Assembly: GCA_963737155.1 (NCBI GenBank)
Contig: CAVTRN010000001.1
Span: 1,694,702-1,758,701, forward strand
Source of the DNA: Nitrospirota bacterium
Lineage (GTDB): Bacteria > Nitrospirota > UBA9217
DNA length: 64,000 nt
Direction: 5' to 3'
In this document: piece after piece, positions 43,060 to 54,460 of the stretch
Layout: every line of letters starts with the position of its first letter
How positions within the stretch are numbered: the first letter of the stretch is position 1
Notes under the pieces: model-generated
Told to the model about the DNA's origin: nothing
Databases searched by the model: none
Seen by the model: the letters and a program-made list of their open reading frames with translations, nothing else
Translations under genes and position numbers: made by a program

Positions 43060-43752
43060 GCGTTCATATACGGCGCTTATGCATTCTCACGGGCCGCAGG
43101 ACGCTATGCCTTCTTGTGCTCATCGTCGTTCCCTGCAGAAGATTCGGGATGCCGCCTCCTGGCAATGCCTCGAGGTTTAGGATTATAGGCGTGATCCCGA
43201 CGAAGGCCAGGATGCCCAGAGTGACGGCTGTTGCGCCGAAGATGAGCTAAACGCTGACCGCAGCCGATCTCGCTTCACGGGCAATGTCCCTGAAAACCAA
43301 GTCTTCGCACCCATTCTGCTGATCGGCAGTTCATTGAGCCGTGCAGAATACTGCTGCTGAAATCCAGTTTTCCTCCAAACACGGAGGCCGCCGAAGGCAA
43401 AAAGACCAGCAGAGACATATTGAGAAACGTAAGGATGCCAAGAATGAACCCCATTATTCCGCCCATGGCTTCGGCGCTCACGCCTGAATTGAGGCCTGAC
43501 TCATCGAACCGTATCCTCGTTGTTTCGGTGGGGAGCCTCGTAAAGCTGCCGGCGACTCTTCCTCCCTCTAAAACGAAGGCGATTCCGAGAACTATCGTGG
43601 ACACTGGTTTCATGTAAACGGACATGAACCCTCGGCCCGATGATCGCGAGTGAGACTTCCGCGCCGCAGGCTATGCCTACACCAAGCGATCCGCCTTGCA
43701 TGAAAAGCTATCTAGATTTGTCATCATAGTTTCTTGCGCAGTGGTTGCCACC
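43060..43752 (-). pseudogene. Frameshifted paralogue of the membrane protein at 4652-5323
   Basis: VATTAQET / GSLGVGIACGA..LAIIG / MKPVSTIVLGIAFVLEGG...SAEAMGGIMG / FGATAVTLGILA. Confidence 0.85.
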
Positions 43753-44060
43753 TGTCACACCTCTCTACCCTATACTGCACATCCTCTAAATCGAGTTGCC
43801 GCTCTCCACTTCTTATATATAATATATTAGCTCTTTACGAATGGGTGTCAGTCAAACCACGAAATCAGGATTTGATAGGCTGACACCAAAACGCAACGTT
43901 ATGCGGGATGAGACAATGACAGGTCCGGTCCCAGAAAACCGGTGAGTGTTCTGGGAAATGCCTGTAATAGCGCAAGCTGGGGCATGATTTTAGTTGCATT
44001 TCCGCACTGCCCAGAGTACATTGTGCGGACTAAAACGGTACGGTTTCAGCAAGGCATATA

Positions 44061-45944
44061 ATGGCATTGGTAAGTCTACAAGGTATAAATGTTGGTTTCG
44101 GCGGGCCGCTTCTGCTCAAAGGGGCCGACTTCTCGATCGATCGCGGTGAGCGCGTCTGTCTCGTGGGCAGGAATGGCACAGGCAAGTCCACGATTATGCG
44201 GCTCATCACAGGCGAAGTGATACCCGACGGTGGCAAGATCGTGTATCAGCAGGGTGTGAACATCACGCTCCTGACGCAGGAAGTTCCGCAAGCGCTGTTC
44301 GGGAGCGTGTTCGATGTCGTATCGAGCGCCTTCGGAGAGCAAGGGAAGCTGCTCGCGGAGTATCACCAGGTGGGCGCAAGACTTGCCCATGAGCACAACG
44401 AAAAATTGATGTCACGATTGGAAGCTATTCAGCATGAATTCGAGGCATCCGGCGGCTGGCGAACGCAGCAGCGCGTCGAGACCATTCTCTCGCGGCTGAA
44501 GCTCCCTGGAGAAGCCGAATTTTCCGAACTCTCAGGTGGTCTCAAGCGCCGGGTATTGCTAGCGAAGACGCTGGCTGTCGAACCGGATCTTCTCCTCCTG
44601 GACGAGCCTACGAATCATCTTGATATCGACGCCATTGCCTGGCTGGAACAGTTCCTGATTGAATTCGGCGGAACGCTCTTATTCGTGACCCATGACCGGG
44701 CTCTGCTCCAGAAGCTCGCTACGCGGATCATCGACCTTGATCGTGGCCGTCTTACGAGCTGGCCCGGCAACTACCAGACCTATCTCGAACGTAAGCAGGC
44801 GGCGCTCGATGCGGAAATCGTGGAGAGTGCGAAGTTTGATAAAAAGCTCGCAGCCGAGGAAGTCTGGATCAGACAGGGGGTCAAGGCCCGGAGGACGAGG
44901 AACGAAGGCCGAGTACGCGCGCTCGAGGAACTGCGGAGGCTCCGGAGCGAACGGCGTGAGACAACGGGGACCGCGCGCATGCAGATGCAGGAAGCGGAGC
45001 GCACCGGCAAACTAGTGATAGAGGCGGACAAGGTGAGTCTCAGCTACAACGACCGCATGGTGATACGCGATTTTTCCACGACGATCATTCGCGGCGACAA
45101 GGTCGGCATTATCGGACCGAACGGCTCGGGCAAAACCACGCTGCTCAAAGTTCTTCTGGGCGAACTGAAGCCACGGGCGGGAACGGTGAAACTCGGCACA
45201 AATCTCGAGGTTGCCTATCTCGATCAGCACCGAGCCCAACTGGATGATGAAAAAACGGTTCAGGACAACGTGGCAAACGGCAGCGATTACGTGACTGTGG
45301 GAGGGCAGCGACGGCATGTGATCGGCTATCTTGGGGATTTTCTGTTTGAGCCCACACGAGCGCGCAGCCCCGTAAAGGTCCTGTCGGGAGGAGAACGGAA
45401 CCGGCTGCTGCTCGCAAAGCTCTTCACCAGGCCATCAAACGTACTAGTCCTCGACGAGCCCACGAACGACCTAGATCTCGAGACTCTCGAACTGCTTGAG
45501 GAATTATTGATGGACTATTCCGGCACGGTCTTGCTCGTAAGCCACGACCGTGAATTCCTGAACAACGTGGTCACGAGCACGTTAGTGCTCGAAGGCGGGG
45601 GCGGTGTGAACGAGTATGTCGGAGGCTACGACGACTGGCTGAGGCAGCGCGGATCGGAGGTTCCCGTATCGTCGCAAAAACAGGAGGAACGGAAAACGCA
45701 GCCGCAGAAAGAGAAGCCACGCAAGCTGAACTTCAAGGAGCAGAAAGAACTGGAAGTTCTCCCGCGGCGAATCGAGGAACTCGAAAAAGAACAACAGCAG
45801 ATCCACATGTCAATGGCTGATCCAACCTTTTACCGGGAAAGCGGTGCGAAGGTCTCGGAATTCAAGTCAAGACTTGAAGTGCTGGAGAAGGAGCTTGCCG
45901 TAGCGTACAAGCGGTGGGAAGAGCTGGATGCGATGAAGGTCTGA
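44061..45944 (+). CDS. uup: ABC-F ATPase Uup
   Basis: Two ABC domains; EEVWIRQGVKARRTRNEGRVRAL; C-terminal coiled coil. Confidence 0.93.
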   Translation: MALVSLQGINVGFGGPLLLKGADFSIDRGERVCLVGRNGTGKSTIMRLITGEVIPDGGKIVYQQGVNITLLTQEVPQALFGSVFDVVSSAFGEQGKLLAEYHQVGARLAHEHNEKLMSRLEAIQHEFEASGGWRTQQRVETILSRLKLPGEAEFSELSGGLKRRVLLAKTLAVEPDLLLLDEPTNHLDIDAIAWLEQFLIEFGGTLLFVTHDRALLQKLATRIIDLDRGRLTSWPGNYQTYLERKQAALDAEIVESAKFDKKLAAEEVWIRQGVKARRTRNEGRVRALEELRRLRSERRETTGTARMQMQEAERTGKLVIEADKVSLSYNDRMVIRDFSTTIIRGDKVGIIGPNGSGKTTLLKVLLGELKPRAGTVKLGTNLEVAYLDQHRAQLDDEKTVQDNVANGSDYVTVGGQRRHVIGYLGDFLFEPTRARSPVKVLSGGERNRLLLAKLFTRPSNVLVLDEPTNDLDLETLELLEELLMDYSGTVLLVSHDREFLNNVVTSTLVLEGGGGVNEYVGGYDDWLRQRGSEVPVSSQKQEERKTQPQKEKPRKLNFKEQKELEVLPRRIEELEKEQQQIHMSMADPTFYRESGAKVSEFKSRLEVLEKELAVAYKRWEELDAMKV

Positions 45945-46445
45945 CTCTTCTGAAGATGGCTGACCGTGTAATACACCTTTACTTCCTCAGTGTTTATCCC
46001 CTTATGCTGATGCCAAACGAGGAGCCAATGTCCTCTTGGTTGCCCCTTCCTGGCTACCCGATACGGAGCAATTTTAGTTGATATGATCAACTGCCCCGTA
46101 GAGACAAATCTTTGGTGGCGTAGAAATGTAGAAAAAAGACCTCTTATGCGGTATCCCGATTATGGGATATTCCGGGAAAACGTTCTCGTCTATGCTAGTC
46201 CTTACTACTTTAATTGCAGTTCGCACTCTGCGACTATGTCCGGCGATTTTCCAACCAGATTGCGAAATGAACAACGAGCTCTGCGGGGACGTCCACTGGT
46301 GCATGGGCTTTTTAATTGCTTGTGGCGGAGCAGAGGTTGGTCATTCCGATTAGAAAAGTAAGGTCTGGGTTTTCTTTGTCCTTACTTATTTTTTATGCCA
46401 AGAACAAAGTGCCGTTGCATGCACGTAGCACGAGAAACATTCTAT

Positions 46446-46473
46446 TGACAATTTGTAATCCCGTGCTATCATT
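46446..46473 (+). promoter_or_regulatory. Sigma70 promoter upstream of aor
   Basis: TTGACA-N16-TATCAT with an extended TG. Confidence 0.55.
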
Positions 46474-46564
46474 GTTTCTATGCTTTAAAATCATCGAATC
46501 TATTCGTAATACTCATAGCCATATTCATCAAAAATTCCCAAATTGCTATTTGAGGGAGGAGCTT

Positions 46565-48301
46565 ATGGACAAAATATTGAGAATAGATGTGGGAGCAAAA
46601 GGTGGTCCTCAGGTTAAGGAAACGCCGCTCGGCGATTATGCGGGTTTCGGTGGAAGAGGTCTGACTTCGGCAATAGTTTCCAGTGAAGTGCCACCACTCA
46701 GTCATCCATTGGGGGCGGAAAACAAGCTTGTGATCGCACCGGGGCTGCTGAGCGGGACAGGCGCGGCCATGTCCAGCAGAATTTCGGTGGGCTGTAAGAG
46801 CCCGCTCACGGGTGGCATCAAGGAGGCGAACTCGGGAGGGCAACCATCGCAGGTGCTTGCAAGGCTCGGATATGCGGCCATCGTGCTCGAAGGTAAGCCT
46901 CTGGACGACACGCTTTATAAGGTTCTTATCAATAAGGATGGTGTAACGATTAAACCCGACAACAGCCTCAGAATGCTTGCAAACTATGAGCTCATCGACA
47001 AAATGCAAAAAGAATACGGCGATAAAATATCCTGCATCTCCATTGGCCCTGCCGGTGAGATGAAGATGAGCATCGCTACCGTGGCCTTTACGGACATGGA
47101 ACTCAGACCCACGCGCCATGCGGGCAGGGGTGGCACGGGGGCTGTGATGGGGGCCAAGCATATCAAGGTCATCGTGCTCGACGACACGGGTATGAAGCCG
47201 CGTACTCCCAAGGATCCCGAAAAATTTCGCGAAGCGAACAAAAAGTTCGTGGAGGGTTTGCGCAAGCACCCGGTGACAGGTCAGGGTCTCCCTGCCTACG
47301 GCACGAACATCCTGACGAATATCCTGAACGAGGTGGGGGGGTATCCCACTTATAATTTCAAGCAGGGCCGTTTTGACGGTGCTTCCAAGATAAGCGGCGA
47401 GACCGTGGCCGCGCTCGAGACCAAACGCGGTGGCTTGGCAACCCATGCCTGCCACCGGGGCTGCGTGATACAGTGCTCCGGCGTGTACCACGACAAGGAC
47501 GGTCACTACCTCACCAAGCAGCCCGAGTACGAGACGGTGTGGGCTCACGGCGGCAACTGCGGCATCGATGACATAGACTCTATCGCCAGGCTCGATTTCA
47601 TGGATGACAACTTTGGCATCGATACGATCGAAATGGGAGCCACCATAGGAGTTGCTATGGAAGCGGGGCTGGCAAAATTCGGCGATGCTCAGGCGGCGAT
47701 CAGACTGGTGAACGAAGTAGGCAAGGGCACAGACCTGGGCCGCATCCTGGGAAGCGGCGCTGCGGTTACGGGCAAGGTATTCGGCGTAGAGCGCATTCCG
47801 GTCGTGAAGGGGCAAGCCATGCCAGCGTATGACCCGCGAGCAGTACAGGGTGTGGGGGTTACTTACGCCACAAGCCCCATGGGTGCCGACCATACAGCAG
47901 GTTACGCCGTAGCGCAGAACGTGCTGAAAGTGGGCGGCGACGTGAACGCTCTCAAGCCTGAGGGCCAAGTCGAGCTTTCCCGGAATCTCCAGATCGCTAC
48001 AGCTGCGATTGATTCGCTCGGCATGTGCCTTTTTATCGCGTTTGCGATTCTCGATCAGCCTGAGACCTTTCAGGCGCTCCTTGATCTCATGAATGGGACC
48101 TACGGTCTGAATCTCACCGGGGATAGCGTGGTCGAACTGGGGAAGAAGGTCTTGACCATGGAGCGCGATTTCAACAAGGGCGCGGGCTTTACGGCCCAGC
48201 AGGATCGGCTGCCGCGCTACATGTCCATCGAGCCCATTGAGCCACACAACGTTACGTTCCAGGTGAAGGACGAGGACCTGGATAAGGTGTTCAACTGGTA
48301 G
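46565..48301 (+). CDS. aor: Aldehyde:ferredoxin oxidoreductase (W/Mo)
   Basis: KSPLTGGIKEAN.GG, GRGGTGAVMG.K, CHRGCVIQC and PEYET. Confidence 0.93.
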   Translation: MDKILRIDVGAKGGPQVKETPLGDYAGFGGRGLTSAIVSSEVPPLSHPLGAENKLVIAPGLLSGTGAAMSSRISVGCKSPLTGGIKEANSGGQPSQVLARLGYAAIVLEGKPLDDTLYKVLINKDGVTIKPDNSLRMLANYELIDKMQKEYGDKISCISIGPAGEMKMSIATVAFTDMELRPTRHAGRGGTGAVMGAKHIKVIVLDDTGMKPRTPKDPEKFREANKKFVEGLRKHPVTGQGLPAYGTNILTNILNEVGGYPTYNFKQGRFDGASKISGETVAALETKRGGLATHACHRGCVIQCSGVYHDKDGHYLTKQPEYETVWAHGGNCGIDDIDSIARLDFMDDNFGIDTIEMGATIGVAMEAGLAKFGDAQAAIRLVNEVGKGTDLGRILGSGAAVTGKVFGVERIPVVKGQAMPAYDPRAVQGVGVTYATSPMGADHTAGYAVAQNVLKVGGDVNALKPEGQVELSRNLQIATAAIDSLGMCLFIAFAILDQPETFQALLDLMNGTYGLNLTGDSVVELGKKVLTMERDFNKGAGFTAQQDRLPRYMSIEPIEPHNVTFQVKDEDLDKVFNW

Positions 48302-48386
48302 CAACATGGTGGCTGAGTTGCCCACTCAAAGGAGAGACGCGGACCGTCTCTCCTTTGTTATTAACGCCACAGCGAAAGGAGCGCTT

Positions 48387-48632
48387 GTGAATCTTGAAGT
48401 TAGACTTTTCGCGGGGCTCACGTGCAACAACAAAGCTTTGCCTTGTTTCGGGCAGCACGAGTTCAACGTTGACGTGCCCGGGGGCGGCATCACGGTCAAG
48501 GGATTGCATGAGTTTTTACAGCTGGGGGAGATGCCGCTCGTCACTGTGGTGAACGGCGTTGTTGAAAAAAAAGATTTCATGATCTCCGATCAGGACCGCA
48601 TAGGGATATTTCCTCCCATTGCCGGCGGATAG
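48387..48632 (+). CDS. MoaD/ThiS sulfur carrier
   Basis: GTG start after AGGAG; C-terminal IFPPIAGG. Confidence 0.88.
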   Translation: MNLEVRLFAGLTCNNKALPCFGQHEFNVDVPGGGITVKGLHEFLQLGEMPLVTVVNGVVEKKDFMISDQDRIGIFPPIAGG

Positions 48633-48874
48633 AATTGATGCCTGCCGGTCTTTCCCCGTTTCTATCCCTTCCGTTCAAAACTCAAAAACCCGATAATGAC
48701 CAAAGTGAAGCTGTCAGGTATCTGAAGGTTTCCCTATTGCGGGTTTCCGGTGGAGTGAAACGCCAATTCGACTTCGGCCAAATACTGACATTTATGATGC
48801 CAAAACTGGATTATGGGTCGTAGTAATCAGAGACGCATCGTTTTCGCCTCTATCTGGAACCAATTAATTCAGAA

Positions 48875-48911
48875 AACCAAAATATGGTGTATTCACCACA
48901 ATATATGGTCA
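48875..48911. promoter_or_regulatory. Tandem NrdR-box-like sites
   Basis: AACCAAAATATGGTGT and CCACAATATATGGTCA, starts 21 bp apart. Confidence 0.5.
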
Positions 48912-49081
48912 AAAGGCAATAAAAAATCTGCTTTGTCCGGATTATTACTAATCCTCTTTTAAAATAGCATCTGCCGAACTCATTGAAAAATCATCAAAGA
49001 AAGCATTTGTTCGTCAGCACGACAGGGGATTTATTGAGGGGGCACCGAAATTGCTTGATGTATGGTAAAAGGAGGAATGAT

Positions 49082-49471
49082 ATGGCCACAGTGATGCTAG
49101 TCGATGACAATTCTCTCGTTCTAACGGTGCATGAATTGATGTTGCAAGACTTCGGGCATAAGGTCATTTCGAAAGGCGATGCCCAATCCGCCCTCTCTCT
49201 TATCAGGGCAGGTGAAGACATTGATCTCGTCATTACGGATTACCGCATGCCGCTCATGAATGGAATTGAATTCATTAAGTCGCTCAGACAAATATTACCG
49301 AGAGTTCCCGTTATTATGCTTACTGGGTATTACAATGCTGCTGAGATCGAGCCTGAACTGGATGTATTTAAATGCTTAAGCAAACCGATCAAGGAAAAAG
49401 AATTTGACCTCACTATAAAAGCAGCGCTGGATCAGACGGACACAAGCAGTGTCTTGGCATGTCATCATTAA
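49082..49471 (+). CDS. Single-domain response regulator
   Basis: LVDD, ITDYRMP.MNG, LTG and KP. Confidence 0.92.
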   Translation: MATVMLVDDNSLVLTVHELMLQDFGHKVISKGDAQSALSLIRAGEDIDLVITDYRMPLMNGIEFIKSLRQILPRVPVIMLTGYYNAAEIEPELDVFKCLSKPIKEKEFDLTIKAALDQTDTSSVLACHH

Positions 49472-49698
49472 GGAAAGACAGTCAAATGCAATTTTCTCGA
49501 AGGATGATGTATGACAGCGTCTGCATTTTAATGACTGCTGCGGAGAATGAAGCATAGTAGCATAATCAGAGCGACCAGGACTGTGACGAAAAGGAGGGTT
49601 CGAAGTCTGGCTTCCATGGGAAGTCGCTGTCAAAAATTCTGTAGGGTTCTTCTTTTTTCCCCAGGCGCATAGATCCTTCTTGCTGGAAAAACCCGAGG

Positions 49699-50085
49699 CT
49701 ACGTCTTTTTGTTTTTTAACAACGCCTCAAGAGCCGCGAAGGGTTTATGAGTTGCATGCTCTTCCCTGTTATCTCTTGATGCTGATGCGTCGCGGTCGTT
49801 TTCTTCAATATATTTCTGATGCTCATTATCGTGGCAGTAAAGGCACAGTAGTTCCCAGTTGCTGCCGTCGGGGGGGTTATTGTCGTGATTGTGGTCCTTA
49901 TGATGGACCGTGAGTTCACGTAGTTTCCTGCTTGCGAATTCGCGGCCGCACCGCGCGCAGATATGGGGGTACAGCTTGAGAGCCTGTTCGCGATAGGCTT
50001 GTTCTCGAAGTTCCCTCGTTCGTCGCGCTGCAGCGATGATCTGTTCAGGCCTGCTGCTTTCTGCTTGCGTCTTCTTCGTGGTCAT
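49699..50085 (-). CDS. yajD: YajD-family HNH nuclease
   Basis: YREQALK.YP.IC.RC...TVHH.DHNHDNNP.DGSNWELLCLYCHD.EH. Confidence 0.9.
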   Translation of the reverse strand: MTTKKTQAESSRPEQIIAAARRTRELREQAYREQALKLYPHICARCGREFASRKLRELTVHHKDHNHDNNPPDGSNWELLCLYCHDNEHQKYIEENDRDASASRDNREEHATHKPFAALEALLKNKKT

Positions 50086-50414
50086 GCGTTCCCCTCCGAA
50101 GCCAGAAAAGAACGGGTATAGTAAGTACTATATGAAATCGTTCAGTAACTGAGCTGTTAGAACATGGTTCACAATTAAGCACTTAATGGTGTTAAAGGCT
50201 TTGGAAATGACTCTTAAAAGCCTGATAAATACAGCGAAAGAAATCCGCATTGTAATCCTTCCAGCAGTTAAATAAGATGCTAAAGAACGGCTTTTTCAGC
50301 ATTTGTCTTGTGAACGATGTCCCGAACGTTTTCAAATATAACGCATAACTGACATTATGCTGGAAAGGTTAGCCGGTTTTGCTTGACACATCTGTTTGTT
50401 CCGGCTTATCCGGG

Positions 50415-51404
50415 TCAGGATGAAAGAGATGCCGGCGCGCAGAACAGAGATGTAAAGTAATCGCTGATTGCCTGCTTCACCTCTTCCGTATCAGTCAGTT
50501 GATTGATCCTCGTCCTGAACTCTGCCCCGCCGTGAAGACTTTTTGTGTACCAGCAGAGGTGTTTCCGCATCTCGCACACTCCCCTGTTTTTACCGATGAG
50601 CCTTACCATCTCAGCCAAGTGCCGGAGCATGACCGCCTCCCGTTCTCCGAAGGAAGGGGGAGGAGGAACAATGCCTGTTTCGAGGAACTGTTTTGCCTCG
50701 CGAAAAATCCACGGGTTGCCTTGGCTTGCCCGGCCAATCATGACGCCGTCACAGCCTGTTTCGTCTAGCATTCTCTTCGCGTCAAGCGCTGAACGGACAT
50801 CACCGTTCCCAATAACCGGGATTCCAACCGATTCCTTCACCGTTTTGATCATACTCCAGTCCGCATGACCTGAAAACGCTTGCGCTTTAGTGCGGCCATG
50901 GACGCTCACTGCAGCGATGCCAGCGGATTCCGCAGCCAACGCTAGGTCGACCGCCACGATGCTTTTCGCATCCCATCCGAGGCGAATCTTTACCGTGACC
51001 GGAACCTTCGACGCATGTACGACGGCAGACATGATCTCCTTTGCTAGACCGATGTTGCGAAGGAGGGCCGAACCGGCGCCGGACTTTAATATTTTTGGAA
51101 CAGGACATCCCATATTAATGTCGATGAAGTCAACTTCGCCCTGCGAAACAATGTGCGCCGCCTCGGCCATGGCTGCGGGTTTGGATCCGAATATCTGGAA
51201 CACGACCGGTCGTTCAGCGGGGTTCGTGCGCAGCATATTATGGGTGCGTTTGTGCTCGCGGATCAGAGCTTCCACGCTGACCATCTCGGAAAATACCATG
51301 CCCGCGCCCAGCCTTCGGCAAATTGTGCGAAAAGGAAAATCGGTGATCCCGGCCATGGGCGCGAGTACGAGTGGATTTCGCTTTAGAATATCCCGGACCG
51401 ACAT
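50415..51404 (-). CDS. dusB: tRNA-dihydrouridine synthase DusB
   Basis: LAPMAGITD, DINMGCP, KIRLGW, HGRT, GNGD and MRKH..WY. Confidence 0.93.
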   Translation of the reverse strand: MSVRDILKRNPLVLAPMAGITDFPFRTICRRLGAGMVFSEMVSVEALIREHKRTHNMLRTNPAERPVVFQIFGSKPAAMAEAAHIVSQGEVDFIDINMGCPVPKILKSGAGSALLRNIGLAKEIMSAVVHASKVPVTVKIRLGWDAKSIVAVDLALAAESAGIAAVSVHGRTKAQAFSGHADWSMIKTVKESVGIPVIGNGDVRSALDAKRMLDETGCDGVMIGRASQGNPWIFREAKQFLETGIVPPPPSFGEREAVMLRHLAEMVRLIGKNRGVCEMRKHLCWYTKSLHGGAEFRTRINQLTDTEEVKQAISDYFTSLFCAPASLSS

Positions 51405-51616
51405 GGTGTTATTATAGCCGAAAGAAATTGAAATGCGAGGGTTTTTTAAAGGGCAGGAAACCAAAATTCTTGCAAATCCCATCCATTTGTTGTAGGCTTT
51501 TGAAAGAAGTCTGAGTTTTTTTCTTGGCTATTTTAGTTTTTGGAGCAAGAAGGCTCAGTAGGAGAAGAGGGCATGTTTTTTAATTTGGTTCGGTGAACAG
51601 GAGCGGGAGGACGTAT

Positions 51617-52159
51617 ATGGGAAATCTGATCCAGGGAGATCTAGTGCGTAACGAGAAGCATGGGATCGGCCGGGTTGAGGAAGTTACCGGCATCGGAGGT
51701 GTCCAGCAGTGCACGGTCTATTTCCCCCGAACAGGCAAGAGGGCTGCGGCAACGTCGGAAGAGCTTCAACCTTTGACCGACACCGAGACAACAGTGTATG
51801 AAATGGTGAAGCTCGCTGTTTTCGAGGTCAGCCGGGAAGATCTGCCGCTAATCGAATTGGGCAGCCGGTGGAAAGACGGAGAAATGATTCTCAAGCCGGG
51901 GGATTCCAAACTCGCGTCGAAGAGCATGCCCATTGAAACCTTTTTCCATAAGATTGTGATGGTCCGCGACCGCTTGCGGGTCCTGGAACAGCAGATCAAT
52001 GCGCATAAGGTCCTTGCGGACGGAGAAAAGGTAGAAATGCAGCAGTACATCACGAGAATTTACGGTACCCTCACGACGCTCAACGTGCTGTTCAGGGATA
52101 AGAAGGACCACTTTATCGGTCAAAAGCGAGAAGCCTTATCCGGACAAGCCGGAAGCTGA
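51617..52159 (+). CDS. Hypothetical protein
   Basis: GGAGG RBS; PIETFFHKIVMVRDRLRVLEQ.IN...QQYITRIYG.LTT.N. Confidence 0.85.
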   Translation: MGNLIQGDLVRNEKHGIGRVEEVTGIGGVQQCTVYFPRTGKRAAATSEELQPLTDTETTVYEMVKLAVFEVSREDLPLIELGSRWKDGEMILKPGDSKLASKSMPIETFFHKIVMVRDRLRVLEQQINAHKVLADGEKVEMQQYITRIYGTLTTLNVLFRDKKDHFIGQKREALSGQAGS

Positions 52160-52439
52160 AATATTTATGGATCAGAGGCCGCAGGGATAGCAGAGATTAA
52201 CGAAGTAAAGAGGAAGTCAGTTTTCCAAAAAGCCTCTTTGTCATCGCTCTGCGAACTCCGTAGCAAATGTTTCTCCCCTGCGGGGGGAATTCGACACTCA
52301 AACGATTGAGGATTGCAAACAGGTCAATGACAGAAGATAAATCAATTGACCTGATCTTGGACTATGTTCCATGCACGGCGATGATAGCTTGGCGATAGGA
52401 GATTTTCAGGATGAGTTGGATATATATTGAGGATTAACT

Positions 52440-52907
52440 ATGTATAAGGATGGATATAGACGATGCGTCGCGTCATATTTGATTGCGGTCATAGTGGGCG
52501 CGGCATTCTTCACGGGATGCAACAATGAGCCACCAAGATTGCGCATTGAAAATGCACGCATGGAGTTCTCCGAGGCGATGCGCGATGAGGCAGCGTTATT
52601 TCTTACTATACAAAATGACGGCGGGACGGACACGCTCATTGGAGCCAGAACCAGCATACCCGGCGTTATAGCAGACATCCATGAGATGAGAGGTGCCGTG
52701 ATGGTCCTGTCCAAGAAATTGACGGTGCCAGCGAAGGAGAATCTTGATTTGGCGAGTGGAACCTCCCATATCATGCTGGTGGGCATCCCTGCTGATGTGA
52801 ACCAGGGATACCATTTTACCCTCACCCTCGTCTTCAAGAAGTCTGGTGAAATTCAGGTGCCCCTTGTGGTCACGAAAGCCAGGATGTCGCCACAGCGCCG
52901 TTTCTGA
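52440..52907 (+). CDS. Periplasmic copper chaperone PCu(A)C family lipoprotein
   Basis: Lipobox-like FTGC; IHEM...M and HIML. Confidence 0.8.
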   Translation: MYKDGYRRCVASYLIAVIVGAAFFTGCNNEPPRLRIENARMEFSEAMRDEAALFLTIQNDGGTDTLIGARTSIPGVIADIHEMRGAVMVLSKKLTVPAKENLDLASGTSHIMLVGIPADVNQGYHFTLTLVFKKSGEIQVPLVVTKARMSPQRRF

Positions 52908-53429
52908 TGATGCCGCGGGCACTTGTTTATCACAGGTTGGAAAATCGCAGACGGTACGGAAACATGACAGATCTAGTTCTGGTGCTCCGAGGATGGACCT
53001 CATGAATTACTCTTAATTCCGGAATGAAAATTGTTACTGCTCATCAGCAGAATCTGTGGATGACAAATAAGCATTTAAGGAAGAGTCACGCATTCCGGGG
53101 CTGCCCGACCTTTATGAATATCGAAGCAGAAACGCCCTTTGGCTGGACGGATGCGGAACATCTGAATGGGAAGTTCAAGAAGTGTCCATTATCAGAAAGC
53201 AGGCGGGGTTATCGTTATTGGCGAGCGAACATGCGGTGCTTAGCACGATTTAATCGGTTAGTACCTTCCGCGCCGAAGAAGCTGTTTTTACGCGTAGGGG
53301 CTGGACTTCGTGGAAATGGCGTGATCGAGAACGTTGCAGACGTGGTACTTTATCGTTATTACCGTGAACAAGGATATTGCCCGGTCACCCAGCAATCACT
53401 CCCGATCACAAATATTGGGAATTATATAG

Positions 53430-53543
53430 TTAACTCCCTTTGGGCTTCTTAGTCTTTTTGGTTGTTTTTTTCTTAATCGGCTTTGGCCGATACGCCAAAA
53501 CCTTATCAACTATTCTATCTAGTTCTGGCGGTACTTTTTTCAT
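53430..53543 (-). CDS. 37-aa basic peptide coupled to the IS1595 transposase
   Basis: MKKVPPELDRIVDKVLAYRPKPIKKKTTKKTKKPKGS; ATGA overlap; stop codon lies in the IR. Confidence 0.5.
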   Translation of the reverse strand: MKKVPPELDRIVDKVLAYRPKPIKKKTTKKTKKPKGS

Positions 53544-54460
53544 TTTGTCAACTCCGCATAAGTAAGTCGTTTGCGGACAGTCATTGCCACGAAACTATTA
53601 AGGCGTGACAGTGTATGACGCTCTACATTTCCATCATTCAAGCGAAACGTAAACTCATTGACATACCGTGCAAGATGTTTCTTGCTCACTTGATGATACA
53701 CACCATAAACTCCGCGCTTGAGGACAGCCCAAACACTCTCAACGCTGTTCGTTGTAACACCGTTTCTTGAATATTCACCCGCCAAGTGGTTGACTGACTC
53801 ACGGCGATATAGCAAGCCGTCAAGTCCATTATATGCCTTTGCTTCGTCGGTGTGAAGCGTAGAGCCAATATCAACGTGACTATAAATGGCGTTCTGTAAA
53901 TCATCAGCGGCGACACCCGATAAGGGCATAGCCACGGTGCGACCATTCTGCTGTCTCATGCCGATCACAGCAGTTTTGCCTACCCCACCACGGCCAGCGT
54001 GAAGTTTCTTCTTTTCGTGTTTGTTTGCTTCTTTGCCGCCGATGTATGTTTCATCAACTTCAACGATACCGTTGAGGACAGTCATATCATCACCGCAAGC
54101 CTCACGGAGACGGTGCAGAACGAACCAAGCAGACTTTTGGGTAATGCCGATCTCTTTGGAGAGTTGAAGCGAGGAAATGCCCTTTCTCGCAGTAACGAGT
54201 AGATACATGGCATAGAGCCATTTGTGCAAGGGAATATGCGAACGCTCAAAGATTGTTCCCGTGCGAACGGTAAAATCCTCATGGCACTGATTACAGCGAT
54301 AATAGCCGTTTTTGCGTACCGTGATATATTCAGTCATTCCGCAATGCGGACAACGAACGCCCTTCGGCCAAAGGCGACCTTCAAGGTATTTCCGTGCATT
54401 CTCTTGGTTCGGAAACATCTCAAAAAGTTGAAATGTGCTTATTGTGATATTATCGTTCAT
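53540..54460 (-). CDS. IS1595-family transposase
   Basis: CPHC/CNQC zinc ribbon; VEVDETYIGG, HTDE, TNSVES and YVNEF.FR. Confidence 0.95.
   Translation of the reverse strand: MNDNITISTFQLFEMFPNQENARKYLEGRLWPKGVRCPHCGMTEYITVRKNGYYRCNQCHEDFTVRTGTIFERSHIPLHKWLYAMYLLVTARKGISSLQLSKEIGITQKSAWFVLHRLREACGDDMTVLNGIVEVDETYIGGKEANKHEKKKLHAGRGGVGKTAVIGMRQQNGRTVAMPLSGVAADDLQNAIYSHVDIGSTLHTDEAKAYNGLDGLLYRRESVNHLAGEYSRNGVTTNSVESVWAVLKRGVYGVYHQVSKKHLARYVNEFTFRLNDGNVERHTLSRLNSFVAMTVRKRLTYAELTK

Noticed and set aside
43981-43998. Sigma54 promoter before uup
   Set aside because: The GG to GC spacing is too long.
46478-48325. 615-aa minus-strand ORF
   Set aside because: Antisense shadow of aor with no motifs.
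53024-53452. ORF apparently interrupted by IS1595
   Set aside because: No RBS or motif, and no convincing continuation beyond the right TSD.
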